The translations under genes and the position numbers were made by a program. A DNA stretch of 64,000 bases from Asterias rubens. Taxonomy: Eukaryota. Shown here one piece after another: positions 38,446 to 55,425 of this stretch. Under the pieces are notes generated by a model. The model had not been told where the DNA came from and did not search any database. It worked only from the letters and a program-made list of their open reading frames with translations. Positions within the stretch are counted from its first letter, which is position 1. Every line of letters starts with the position of its first letter. Where the stretch lies: NCBI RefSeq assembly GCF_902459465.1, contig NC_047083.1, positions 8,680,001 to 8,744,000 on the forward strand, read 5' to 3'.

Positions 38446-39285
38446 TGTGAGTTTTCTATTATTTAGTGAATGCATACACAGTAAATACACAGTTTACTTC
38501 CGAAGACAGTTGTGCAACCATACAATTTACTGGAAATTGTATGGGGACTGACCGTTGTTCTGAGTGACAAATTTTACCTTGATGTCGGCAGCTTTTTCCC
38601 CCTTTTTTCGTGACTATTTATTTATTCTTTTATCTGTAAAAGTAAGATATAATACATGTATGTACATGTAAAATGTAATGTGGCCGTTGAACAATAAATG
38701 TATACAAACCGTCATCTTTGTTGTATTAATATGGTTTAAAGTTTTGTGTATTTCATTATCCCAACTTGCTGTAAATGTCAGTTAAAATATAAAATCTGTC
38801 AAAATATTATGGGTTTGTTTTTGTCTGTTTGCCGATTTCAGTAGGGCCTACATTTAAAAAAATATTGATTTTGATTTTTAACCTTCGAGAAAGACTCTGC
38901 TAGGGTCGAAACGTCAGGCCATTATCTATTTTTTGCGTTTATCCAATCGTATGTCCTTTTGGTTGCTAAGCAGTTTACAACAGCTAATTATATTTGTTTC
39001 AAATACTATTGGCGAATCATGAGCCAAAGGCATGCTTTTGAAAAGCGCAAAAACCTCCTGCATATGACGTCACCAGCTAAAAATAGCGCACTCGCTGGGG
39101 TCAATAGGCCCAGCCAGCCACTGGATTGGCGTTTAGCTACTATTTCTACCTCCATGGCTAAACTTGCGGATAGCGACAGGGACCAATAGGTCCCTGTCGC
39201 TATCCGCAAGGCTTTAATGTTTGTGGAGATTCACAGTCAAATCCGACGTACATAAAAAAAAACAATGCCTGTCGTACCAATGTAA

Positions 39286-39414
39286 GGCCGTGTCCGAAAC
39301 GGCGACTTCGGCTACAGCTACGGCTAGATCGCGCGCGTCTGCCTATTCTTCAACACTGGTAGACGCGCTGATCTAGACGTAGCTGTAGGCGAAGTCGTCG
39401 TTTCGGACACGGCC
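39286..39414. mobile_element. ~130-bp foldback MITE GGCCGTGTCCGAAAC; second copy 58907-59036
   Basis: Long TIR GGCCGTGTCCGAAACG(G)CGACTTCG..CTACAGCTACG; TAA/TGA flanks (Harbinger-like). Confidence 0.75.
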
Positions 39415-39889
39415 TGAGAATCTAAAGGATCTCGTGTTGGTTTGCAGTCTAGACACTGCGTAATAGAAATGCGCCCTCAAGTGTTGACATTTTGAGCCAC
39501 GTTTCCTACTGGCGTTTTTTCAAAGACCGCGCTCTAATCGACCTCAAAGTTTTGCTAGAAAGTGAAAGCAGCAAATTGGTGTTCAGTTTGTGGATTTGAA
39601 AAGTAAGTAACCTTTCCATGTTTCCATGTTTTATTGCTGAAGAAATTGCCCGTGTTACAGAACTTCAGTGTGTTAAATTTAATTGTGTAAACCCGTTGCT
39701 TTCGGCCACGTGTTCGTTGTCTTTTAAAACCAGTCTGGTGCATTGCGGGTTTACGTTTAGCTAAACCCGTGCGCATTCAGGTTACCGCTCGTGTACGTTA
39801 TAGGTCGAGTTGACTTTTTTTAAGTATTGTATTTCATCTGTTTGTAATAATAACAATTTGTACCTCGCTCTGGGACCAGTCAATTTTGT

Positions 39890-40205
39890 AAAGGCCAGTG
39901 TTCCAGGACCGTATTCTAACTTGGTGTGTTTGCACACACAAACAATAACAAATCTGTGAAAATTTTGACTCAATGGACGTCGAAGTTGCAAGAGAATAAT
40001 GAAAGAAAAACACCCTTAGTTGCACATTAATTTGTGTGCTTTCAGATGCATATTTGAAAAGTTTTAGACCTGAAGTCTTTTAATTTAAGTGAGAAGTTAC
40101 CTTTCTCAAACACTATATTTAAAGGGTGCCGTTTCTCACAATTTTATAATACCAACAGCTCTTCATGCAAATATTCATTTTTAGTAATTACCAACAGTGT
40201 CCATC
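39890..40205. mobile_element. Dominant TTAA MITE, diverged
   Basis: Family interior, ends TTACCAACAGTGTCCA. Confidence 0.6.
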
Positions 40206-40448
40206 AGTACTTAGTACATGGTTGAATACGCAAGGAGCATTGATTTCTCAATGCAATAGTAACCATCTTACACACAATTTAAAATCGATACCTCCTACAC
40301 TGAAGGTTCCACTAATTTTGTATTGACGGTTGTTGGGTAAAAGGCATTGTACATAAGACTTTTATAATTAGACATCTGAAAGCACACAAATTAATTTGTG
40401 CATCAAGGTTTTTTTCTTCATTATTCTCACTGTTTTGAGTAACACATC

Positions 40449-42121
40449 TTATGCGTTGCAAAAATCATACATGATCCAGGACAATGGCCGGTGAAACGAG
40501 GAAATGCCGACGTAATTGACGGTCACATTGAGGTGTTTATCACGCCATTCCATTATCGGGGAAATCTCTCCCCATTTGCCCACCTGTATGTCACCCACGT
40601 TGTAGCTCAGCCAGAAACGACGGAACTCAAACTCGCTCAGTATGCCATATGAAGGAACCGAGTTGTAGATGGGGTGGCCTTTGCAGTTTCCACAGCTGAT
40701 AGTTGTTGCATTGTTACTCCATGCCCCAATAACTGATTGTGGGATAAAACAATATAAAAACAGATCATAAATTAACCAAACAAAAATCAGACAAAAATGT
40801 TTACCCCAATGCTGGGATCAACTAAATCCTAGAAATCACACCGAAAATGAGAAATACTTCGCATGGCAACCAATTCAAAATGTTAACACTAGTCTTGGTC
40901 CAAGACGTTGCTGGTAGCGAGGCTGGGAATCAGACCTGTGCGAAGGTCTTGAAACCAAGACTACGTTAACACTAACCTTAAGCCATTCAATTTAACAATG
41001 GTTGTTGTTGTGATGTCGTAATGTCTTGGCAGACGAGTTTGGCAGAAGGTTGTTGCCAAAGTGTCCGGACAGAGAGCCTTTGGGTGTTTTTTGTGACATG
41101 AGACAATGCGACACTTCCTGGTTTGGACTTACCGAGAATAAAACCAATTTGAGAAATGTGTATAATACTCACTTATCAGATGGAAATTATCCTCGTTGAC
41201 TGACTCAGAAAGAGACATCAATGCAAACTGTTTTCCTTTAATGGCAAAGTCGATTCTGAATGTGTCACTAGATTTAATTGGATAATACTTGAAGTTGAGA
41301 CTTTCTGAAACATATCTCGTGACTGCAACACACTCTGCTGTAAAACACAAACAGAACTGTTAATTTGAAACTAATTTGTCAGATTAAGTTGTGTGAATTT
41401 AGTTTGCAACTGTGGGCAAAATATGTGTTCGGCAAAAGGTTTAGGGAAAGTGTGTCCATTCAATTTTGAAAGTTGTGGAGAACAGAAATCTGGAGACAAA
41501 CCGTACTGAAAAAGTAAAAAGAAGGCTTCTGAATTACATTCACACCCATAACACGCATGTTGTAAACTAGTATAGGGCCTACAAACCTTAAGAATGGGAG
41601 ACTTTCTGGGACGATAGAGGGCAGCAGACTTACCGGGTAAATCCATTGTTCTCAGAATTATGCGCATGTTCAGAACTACGTAAACAATGGAAATTTACCC
41701 GGTATGTCTGCTGCCGCCTAGCGTTGGAAAGTCTCCTATTGGTACTGTCCGTTTCATTACCTTTGTGATATTCTTCGTCAAAATAAAGACATCCACTGGA
41801 TGGCTGCAGGTCAGATTTGTCTGTGGCGAACACTTTGGAGTTCAACTCGCAGAGCTTGATACCCGGGCAGTAGTTAAACGACCGACAACCTACGTCTTGC
41901 AGACAGAAGGTTGCACATGTCACGTGCGAATGGCGCGTTGCGTTGCGGTACGCTCTTCCACGCAGAACATGATCGATTATCGGCCCAGAATAAAATGTAC
42001 GGGGTTCTCGAGCTCGTAGTTTCGTTGTGGTGAAACTTGGGCTACATTGAGAATTAAATGTCGCCCAAGCGATGGCTACAATGGCGACCGTGAAGATGAT
42101 AACTGCTTGTAGGAGAGCCAT
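40449..42121 (-). CDS. Putative secreted protein, ~269 aa: signal peptide + PAN/Apple domain + FAMeT-like (Methyltransf_FA) domain
   Basis: Exons 42121-41761, 41337-41173, 40732-40449 (phase 1-1, open to TAA). Hydrophobic N-terminus MALLQAVIIFTVAIVAIAWA; PAN pattern C..FC.....CRSFNY......CELN; FAMeT-like IGAWSNNATTI, FRRFWLSY..GDIQVGK, PIMEWRD, VNYVGISS. Confidence 0.8.
41594..41739. mobile_element. Foldback MITE, same family as 4571-4716 (opposite orientation)
   Basis: ATGGGAGACTTTCTGGGACG...GTCTGCTGCCGCCTAGCGTTGGAAAGTCTCCTAT. Confidence 0.7.
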
Positions 42122-42204
42122 GAGTTCCTCTGTGGATTTTTGAAACGAATAGGTAAAAAAATGAGACAAATTTTTATTTTTAATTGATAAGTCCCTTTCA
42201 ACAT

Positions 42205-42690
42205 GTGTTGTGCCGCCAAGTTGTGCCGACGAATTGTGCCGTCGAATTGTGCCGCTGAGTTGTGCCATCAATAATATGTGCCATGGAGTTGTTGTGCCAA
42301 ATTGTTTTGTTGAGTTATGCTGTCAAGTTGTGCCGACAAGTTGTGCCGGCGAGTTGTGCCGGCGAGTTTTGCCGACAAATTGTGCCGGCGAGTTGTGCCG
42401 ACAAGTTGTGCCATCGAGTTGTGCAGTCGGGTTGTGCCGTCGAATTGTGCCGTCGAATTGTGCCATCGAGTTGTGCCGTCGAGTTGTGCCGTCGAGTTTT
42501 GCCGACGAGTTGTGCCGTCGAGTTGTGCCGTCGAGTTGTACCGTCGGGTTGTGCCGTCGAGTTGTACCGTCGTGTTGTGCCGTCGTGTTATGCCGTCGGG
42601 TTGTGCCGTCGGGTTGTGCCGTCGAGTTGTACCGTCGGGTTGTACCGTCGGGTTGTGCCGTCGAGTTGTACCGTCGGGTTGTGCTGTTGA
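42205..42690. repeat. Degenerate 13-bp CpG-rich minisatellite (~35 units)
   Basis: Unit GAGTTGTGCCGTC. Confidence 0.9.
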
Positions 42691-42766
42691 TTATTTATTT
42701 TAAGTAATTAACATAATAATGTCCAATGCCTTCAGTTGTAGATTTAAAGTGTTTGACTCTTGTTTT

Positions 42767-43423
42767 GTATTTTATCCATTCAACAAATATACGTACCGTA
42801 TGAAGATTATTCTCGAAGAGCGTAAGAGATTGTCGGTGTGGACCGTTGTATGCTTTGAAAAACAATGCAATTAGTCAGTGTTTCGTCTAACAGCGTCAAC
42901 ACCAATTAGTGGAACCTTCAGTGTATGAGCAATCGATTTTAATTTAACAAAAAAGGTTGTCCTTAAGTGGTCACGATTACTATTAAATTGAGAAATCAAT
43001 GTTCGTTGTCTTAAACCTTGTATTAAAGGCACTGGACACTTTTGTTAATTCCTCAAAATAATTGTTAGCATATAAGCTTACTTGGTAACGAGCAATGGGG
43101 AGCTGTTAATTAAAACATTGAGAAAAGGCGCCCTTTGAAGTAAGTAGTATTTTATCCATTCAACAAATATACGTACCTTATGAAGATTATTCTCGAAGAG
43201 CTAAAGAGAATGTCGGTGTGGACCGTTGTATGCTTTGAAGAACAATGCAATTAGTCAGTGTTTCTTCTAACCAACAGCGTCAACACCAATTAGTGGAACC
43301 TTCAGTGTATGAGCAATCGAGTTTAATTTAACAAAAAAGGTTGTCCTTAAGTGGTCACGATGATTACTATTAAATTGAGAAATCAATGTTGCTTGTCTTA
43401 AACCTTGTATTAAAGGCACTGGA
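42767..43423. repeat. ~270-bp direct duplication ending in a MITE terminus
   Basis: 42767-43035 and 43148-43423 are near-identical; relatives in reverse orientation at ~40220-40335 and 46290-46510. Confidence 0.8.
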
Positions 43424-44489
43424 AACAAGTTACAGTCAAACATAAAACGGCAGTACAGAATATTTTTCTCAAACAAATGTATGGGACAAGAAATCTTAAC
43501 TAAGAATTTAACATTGAAAGTTGTCGCTGTTTCATGTTTTGCTTTAAAAGACAAAAAAATTCTTCAGAAAAAAAGTTTGTAAATTTGCTGGGGCAAACAA
43601 GTAATTTTTTATGGTCGAAATTTAAGTAAATTGTTCTTTTTCTTTATTAATAACAAACAATAATTTAAAGTTTTGTCATTTAAACATTTACAAATCATAC
43701 AATACTCGTACTTCATCTCTGAAGTTACCAGGTGAACAAATCAGTAGTCTAGGCTTGAAATTTTGGGTAAAATACCAAAAGATCGCAGGGCTGGTAACTA
43801 AATTTATTTTTAACTTGACCAGGGGCCGATTTCACAAAGAGTTATGATTGATCTTAACTGCAAATCAATCGTAGTTGCTAAGTAAAGTGTTATGTCACAA
43901 TACAAATCACGTTAGTAGTACTAACAATTTGTCTCTCGATGAATTTATTGCTTTGTGAAATCGGCCTCTGAATAGATTTAAAAAGACAAGAGGTGAAAAG
44001 AACTTTCTACAAAGTTTAACACGATGATAACTATTTTATTCGACCCACCACTAAAAGAAGATTGATCTTAGTCTTGTAGATGAGTGTACTTTTAGTTTTT
44101 TACCAAATTCAAAATCAATGCTTGAGCATCAAGTGCATTGTTTAATTGTCACTGAATGACCTCCGTAAATGCAAATTAATAATTACTTACCATTAACTTT
44201 ACTCTTTTTCGTTTCAAAATGCAACAGTATCAAGATAAATATGAAGAAAAAAAATTGGAAAAACTTTACAAAATAAAATAAAGTGTGTTTTGACTAAAAA
44301 TTACCTCTTAAAAGCAAATTAATAGTTACTTTACAATAACGTGACTTTTTTTTCAAATTGCAACAAAACCGAGATAAATATGAAAAGAACATTAATTTTA
44401 AAATAACTTTACAAGGTGTGGTTTGATGCAGTACTTGGTAAACAATTTTTCTTACAAACTCAACAATGGGAACAGTATGTACAGCTGGA

Positions 44490-44491
44490 GG

Positions 44492-44551
<60 letters not shown>

Positions 44552-44555
44552 GTTG
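44490..44555. repeat. (TTG)n / (CAA)n microsatellite
   Basis: About 20 perfect trinucleotide units. Confidence 0.95.
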
Positions 44556-44558
44556 CAT

Positions 44559-49107
<4,549 letters not shown>

Positions 49108-49899
49108 TTATTGAAAAATGTTTTAACATTTTGTACAGTCACATCTGCACAACGTGTTGTTAATGAGATAACTTTCCATATGGAGCCACCACTTTTTCAC
49201 TAATTTTTACAAAAAGGGACATCTCATTGAGATAAATAAGATACTAACATTATATCATATCGAATGAAAAATTGGTGGCGCCATACAGAAACTTTTCCCT
49301 TTAATATTCTTTGCAAACCTTGCTGTACAATGTTGTAACGCTTGCGAGAGTTGGAATTTTACTCATTTGCCACGCTGCTGCAGTTTACAAACAAAAGAAT
49401 GCTCGGGGCAAGGCACTGACATTTGGCATTGTCTCTTTTTAATGATAAAGTAAGTAGGCCTAATCAATGAGTCACTTTCTTACCGTCACTTTTTGAATTT
49501 GGGTTTTTAAGAAGTTTCAAATTCAGTCTTGTTTTTGAGTGATTCATTCAACAACTTCCACCAGGTTGAATGGGGCCCATTATAATTTATTAAATTAAGG
49601 TTTATCGTGAATAGCAAAATATCAAGGAGAGAGACAAGGGTGCTGTTGAACCCACACAAAGATAGACAATGCGTAGTTCAGTTTCACCATAGAGTAAGGA
49701 AAGACATGACAGAGATCACACACAGTCCACACAGATCATGCAGTGCACAGGTGCACAGAGATCATCTAGATCTAGTGTAGTAGTATGAGTATGATATATC
49801 ACCAACCCAATTATTATAATTTTATAAACACTTAAATTTTACGTTTTACACTAAGTTATACATTTTAAAACACAGACAGTAACTAAACATACTCGTTTT

Positions 49900-50418
49900 A
49901 CTCACCTTGAATAGCTAAATTTACAAGTTAAACAATTTTTAGCAATCGTTTTACACCGATTATTCTGGGACATCGACAGAAACTTTGGTCAAGTCAACTT
50001 TGCTTTGGTATGGTTGGTAAGGGCAACCTACGTGCGCAACTGTGCGCATGCTCACCTCAAGTGACACACGTTTTTATTTTATACGTACACTTCATGATTT
50101 GTCAAACTACCATCCCAATCAAAGAAATCTGGAAATATATTGTTAATTTTTAATTACAGGTGGTATTATTGATCACCTATTCTGTTCTAACTTGTGATTT
50201 AAGCAATAATAGTGATGGAATTCAGGGTGCGACATAGGTATACAAAAACACCATATGCACTGTCAAAAATGCATTTCAGATATTTCTTGTCAGATGTCAA
50301 AACTCTTGAGGGCGCTGTTTAGAAACTACGTTTTCAATTTGTTCGTCTGCTTTTTGTTGCGCACGTGTGTCTATCGCGGCCGACTGCTCACACTTCAAAC
50401 TAGTGTTGTGATAAAAAA
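49900..50418. promoter_or_regulatory. Bidirectional promoter ROPN1L/THYN1 with RFX X-box-like and NRF1-like sites
   Basis: Divergent gene starts. GTTGGTAAGGGCAAC at 50013-50027 (perfect GTTGCC half-site on the minus strand); GCGCATGC at 50044-50051; GAGGGCGCTGTT near 50309. Confidence 0.55.
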
Positions 50419-53400
50419 ATGCCACCGAGAAAAAGACAGAAAACAGGTGACATACAATATTATGATGGTTTGCATTATTTTATATTTTTTAATAATTAGG
50501 CCTATTTACTAAAAAACCTCACTAAAAACTGTATTGTGTGAGGACCCTTATTATAATAATACATTACAACTTTACAAGAGAGAGGATTTGTTTTTGAGTA
50601 GTGGGGGTGGGGGCGGAGTCCGTGAAATTAATGTTTGCTAAAAAATGGTACGGGTCTAAATCAACAACGGTGAAAGGGGCACCTAATACAATTTTCCAAC
50701 TGCTCTTTATTATCAATGATCTTGCTCTTTGGGACCAGCCAGCCAGCTGGAGAGGAGAGCCTCTAGACAGGAACCGTGTTTCTTTTTTTAGGTAATTTTT
50801 CGGGCTCCAGCTTTTTCTTTTTCCTTCCTGTATTTGTATTGCTCATTGCTGCATTTTAAAATGTTTTTAGCTAATGAATGTGCCTTATATTGTACTTTTA
50901 GTCTATATCTGCCCAAGAAATTAAATAAATATAATGCTCTTTTATTTTTTATAACCGTTCGTAACTTTTTGGTTTTACAATTTTCTCCTTATAAAAGATT
51001 CTAGTGATGAAAAGCAGACTGCAAGAAAGGTGAAACAGAAAAAGAGCAAAGATGTGATTGTGAAAAACAGCAAGAGTAATAAGACAGCATCCAAAAGTTC
51101 TACTCCTAGTAGCAGTGGAGCAAGTAGTGGTGCAACCACATACATCAGATGGCTGATGAAATCAGAACCAGAGAGCCGCATTGAGAAGGGCGTGGATGTC
51201 AAAGTATGGGAAGAAATCGGTCAAATCCTTAAGCCTGGTTCATGCTTCAGTTCACGCAAGTTGCCAGGCGAATATAAGTGAAGGAGATAGATACCCCTGC
51301 GTCACAATTTTCCTGGAAAACAGCGCAGTTGTGTCACATAATTTTCTTTGAAGTATGAACTGTGCTTTAATTCATAAAGGCCATAGGGTCTACTCATGTC
51401 GAACAAGTGTTGAAACAAAAGAAATAGTGGGGTAATTTTTGTTTAAACAACTTGAATTCTGAACCACCAATTGGCATTTTCCAACTGATTGAAAAGGTGG
51501 ACTTCATCTCAAGCTAGGACTAATCCTATTAAAGTTAGGACTATCTTTGTGCTAAAGGCTCCAGGGGTCGATTTCACAAAGAGTTAGGACTAGTCCTAAC
51601 TTTAGGACTAGTCCTAGGAGATATACAAATTGCATGCATAGTCCTAAGTTAGGACGAGTAACTCGTCCTAACTCGAGATAAGACTAGTCCTAACTCTTTG
51701 TGAAATCCACCCCTGGGTTCATATTTTGGAAGACAGCAGGGCTGGTGCCTTGTTGCAAATAGTTGGTTACTGGACAAGGATTGCTTTTACAAGACCAATC
51801 ACATAGCTCTGAATGAATGTCTATAACCAACACTGTTTTTAGTTCGGGGAATCAAAGTTGAGCATTCACTTGTGACTTACCAAGTCACTTAACCGGACAA
51901 TAATCAAAATCTACTTCCCAACTGGCTTAATTTAAAATAAGCTCTCGTTCGTCTTCTTTAGTTTGGACTTGAAGACCTGAAGAAGGAGCCCAATCAGACG
52001 GCATGTTGGGATGGAGTCAGGAATTATCAAGCCCGGAACTTCCTTCGTGATCAGATGAAAGTCGGGCACCAGGCTTTTTTCTATCACAGTAATACCAAAG
52101 TACCAGGGATTGCCGGTATTGTAGAGGTAAAATATTATAGTAATACGCATGTTCTTATATAGCGCAGTTCACAATAACAGTATCAATGCGCTTTACATCA
52201 GTGCCCTGGTCATTGGGCCAATAACATTCCTATTATCTTCAATTCTCAACTCCCTGGGGAGTATACAGCCCTAAGCTGCTGTGGCACTCCAGTGGCTTTT
52301 TTATTCACAACATCAACCTCTACCCTCGCAGGTACCCATTTATACCCCTGAGTGAAGAGAAGCAATTATAGTAAAGTATCCTGCTCAAGGACACAAGTGT
52401 CATGACCGGGATTCGAACCCACACTCTGATAACTTAACCACCAGAACTTGAATTTGATACTCTAGAAATAGTAATAATAAACAGTAACTTTTTTTCCCAT
52501 ATTTTTTATTAACATTTTGTTTGATTTGATCACAGATCACACAAGACGGTTATGTGGACCACACCCAGTTTGATAAGAAGGACCCACACTATGACAGGTA
52601 AATCAATCAAGCAATTGATCATAACCAATCAATCGATACTGTTACCAATCATCAATCAATTACCAATCAATCAATCACAATCAATCAATCATTCAAGTTT
52701 TCGGATGCCATTCAAGGAAGTATCCATAGCAGATAAGACCACCGAAGTGAAGCTCTGGTGTTTCTGTTCAGCAGAGTGTGGGTTCGAATCCCGGTCGTGA
52801 CACTTCAGGGACACTTAACATTGCCAGCACGGTCTAAAACACGGTCTAATGATGATGATAGTAGAAAACTTCCCTTGAAATATTTCCGTCTGAAATATCA
52901 TATTTGATGAGAAATAAATAAAACTAGTTTCCTGTTTGGAGTTTATCTCTCAGTGAACGTTTTATTAGTTTTTGTTGTAATTGATGTCATGCAATTAGCG
53001 GTTTTTCATTATTTTCTCGTGACCCAGATGGCCAAACTCCTACAGGTTTGTCAGTTTATGTATTTGGTGGATTACATAAAGTGCTTACACTGCTAGCAAC
53101 TGTTTTGTTAGCAAAAACCACTTCTGTAATGTTCCTTTTGAAGGGTAATATTTTTTTAACGTTGTTTTTTGTACGGAAATGATACCCTCCAGCAACTTGC
53201 CTACACCTGTTAGTTTTTTTTTCTCTAGAATTACCAACTGATATCCTCTTCTTTGTTTCAGCTCTAGCAAAAAAGACAACCCTCGCTGGTTCATGGTGGA
53301 TGTCAAATATGTACGCGACACGAAACGCTACATCTCACTGGCAGAACTCAAGGGACTGTATCAGAAACATTCAAAAAGCAAGGGACCCTTGAGAAATCTT

Positions 53401-54267
53401 GCTCTGTTCACACGAGCAAGACTGTCAGTACAGCCACTTACAGAAGGTAATTCTTCAATAAACATTGTTTGTTTGTTTGTTTGTTGGGATAGTGGTTTGT
53501 TTGTTGGTTTGTTTGTTTGTTTGTTTGTTGTGGGTGTTTGTTTGTTCATTTGTCTCTCCCCGAACCCTCTCGAAATATATTTTCAGTTGATCAAAGACAA
53601 ATTTACAAATGTGGATTTCGAACCTGTGACTATTGGATTCACGAGCTGCCACTCGCGACCAACTGAACAATCTAGCCCAAATGTTGGCAGTTTCCCTATT
53701 TTGTCTTTGTTCAGGGGGCCAGACAACTAGCCACGTTGATGGTGGGCAGGCGTTTTAATCCAGAGGGTGCGGCTTCAAGTCCTGCTCCTGTCAATATTTT
53801 TTGTTTAAAGGCACCGGACACCTTTGGTAGTTGTCAAAGACCAGTCTTCTCACTTGGTGTATCTCAACATATGCATAAAATAATAAACCTGTGCAAATTT
53901 GAACTCAATTGGTCGTCGAAGTTGCGAGAGAATAATTGAAGAAAAAACACCCGTGTCGCACAAGTTGTGTGCTTTTAGATGCTTGATTTCGATACCTCAG
54001 CTGAGGTCTCGAATTCATTTGAAATATATTAGTGAGAAAATACTTCTTTTTCAAAAACTACAGCACTTCAGAGGGAGCCGCTTCTCACAATGTTTTATAC
54101 TATCAACAGCTTTTCATTGCTCGTTGCCAAGTAAGTTTTTATGCTAACAATTTATTTGAGTAATTATCAGTGGTGTTCATCAGTCCCCTTTAACCTATTT
54201 GTTTTGGTTTATGTTTGTAGAGGAGTTTGACTTCATCCTGAGCCTTGAGGAAGAACCTGGACCATGA
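50419..54267 (+). CDS. THYN1: Thymocyte nuclear protein 1 (EVE domain), ~230 aa
   Basis: Exons 50419-50446, 50998-51203, 51962-52126, 52536-52597, 53262-53446, 54221-54267. EVE motifs WLMKSEPESR, FGLEDL, CWDGVRNYQARNF, AFFYHSN, YVDHTQFD, NPRWFMVDV, RLSVQP.T.EEFDFIL. Confidence 0.95.
53465..53548. repeat. (GTTT)n degenerate microsatellite
   Basis: Follows the THYN1 exon 5 donor; a degenerate (ATCA)n similarly follows exon 4 at ~52600-52692. Confidence 0.85.
53805..54193. mobile_element. Dominant TTAA MITE, full length
   Basis: TTAA flanks; lies next to a tRNA-derived repeat. Confidence 0.75.
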
Positions 54268-54889
54268 ATGACACGCCCTCGCCAAAATCAGGTACTTCTT
54301 GTGAAATGGCATACAAGTGAAGTCATCTGAAACAATTTATGTTGAGATATACTTATGTTTTAAATAGAATCTAACTTTTTGGAAGCTCATTGATAGTTTA
54401 TCCCGCCAAATGACAGAGATCTATTTTTAGATGTTATATAAAACAAATATTATGTGCGATGGAGAAACTATCTTCATTTGATCGTTAAAGACCAATGTGG
54501 ATGAAATCGAAAGGTCAGACAGTAGGAGGGTTGACTTTGTACTGTGTAGACCATTAACAATGGATGTAGATCTTGAATCACACTGATTATGGCATTGGTT
54601 ATTCCAAGGATTTGTCTTTAATTTGTCTTTTTTATAAAAGTTGTGATTTTGTTTCTATACTTCCTGCCGAACCCAAGAAGTTTACAAACACTGTATATTT
54701 TTGTATACGACTACTTCAATAAAAACACTTTTGTACGCATAATGTGTAAAATCTTATTAGTTTATTACAATCCTTCTTCATAGCAGTACTACAGTATACA
54801 AGAACTCATTGCACATATCAGTGAATTGAGTTTGTTTTATAGGGATGAGAAATTTCAGACTTTTATCTAAACTCAGACTTTTTCAAATC

Positions 54890-55140
54890 TATCAAAATAC
54901 TCCACTCTATGGTAACTCAACACCAAAATGGCCTCATGCTAAGAGTTGGTGGTTTTGGGTACAGTACCAAATCCATCAAAATACCCCACTCTATGGTAAC
55001 TCCACACCCAAATGGCCTCATGCTAAGAGTAGGTGGTTTTGGGTACAGTACCAAACCCATAAAAATACTCCACTCTATGGTAACTCAACACCAAAATGGC
55101 CTCATGCTAAGAGTTGGTGGTTTTGGGTACAGTACCAAAT
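54890..55140. repeat. 84-bp tandem repeat x3
   Basis: Unit ATCAAAATACTCCACTCTATGGTAACTCAACACCAAAATGGCCTCATGCTAAGAGTTGGTGGTTTTGGGTACAGTACCAAA... Confidence 0.9.
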
Positions 55141-55425
55141 CGAAGTCAGCTTTTCTGCTACCATCTTTATTTTCCCTCGTCATCCATCTCAGCCAAACCA
55201 CTTTCCCTACAAGATGCAGGGGAAACTGTATGGGGAAACAGCAAGCATCTACTTAACTTTTGAGTGACATGATTACCCCAAGCCATCCTTCCTCTTTCAA
55301 TGTTGAGGTGCAGGGAAGCAATTATGGTTAAAGTCACTTCCTCATAGTGGACACCATTACTTTGGCAAGGCTTTCAGGCGTCTGGCTTTCGACTCACACA
55401 CATGTTCAGTGTCATTATTAACTCA

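Noticed and set aside
42210-42707. Cys-rich ORFs (CRRVVPSSCAVEL repeats) resembling metallothionein or keratin-associated proteins
   Set aside because: All three frames are open because of a 13-bp minisatellite; no splice or start context.
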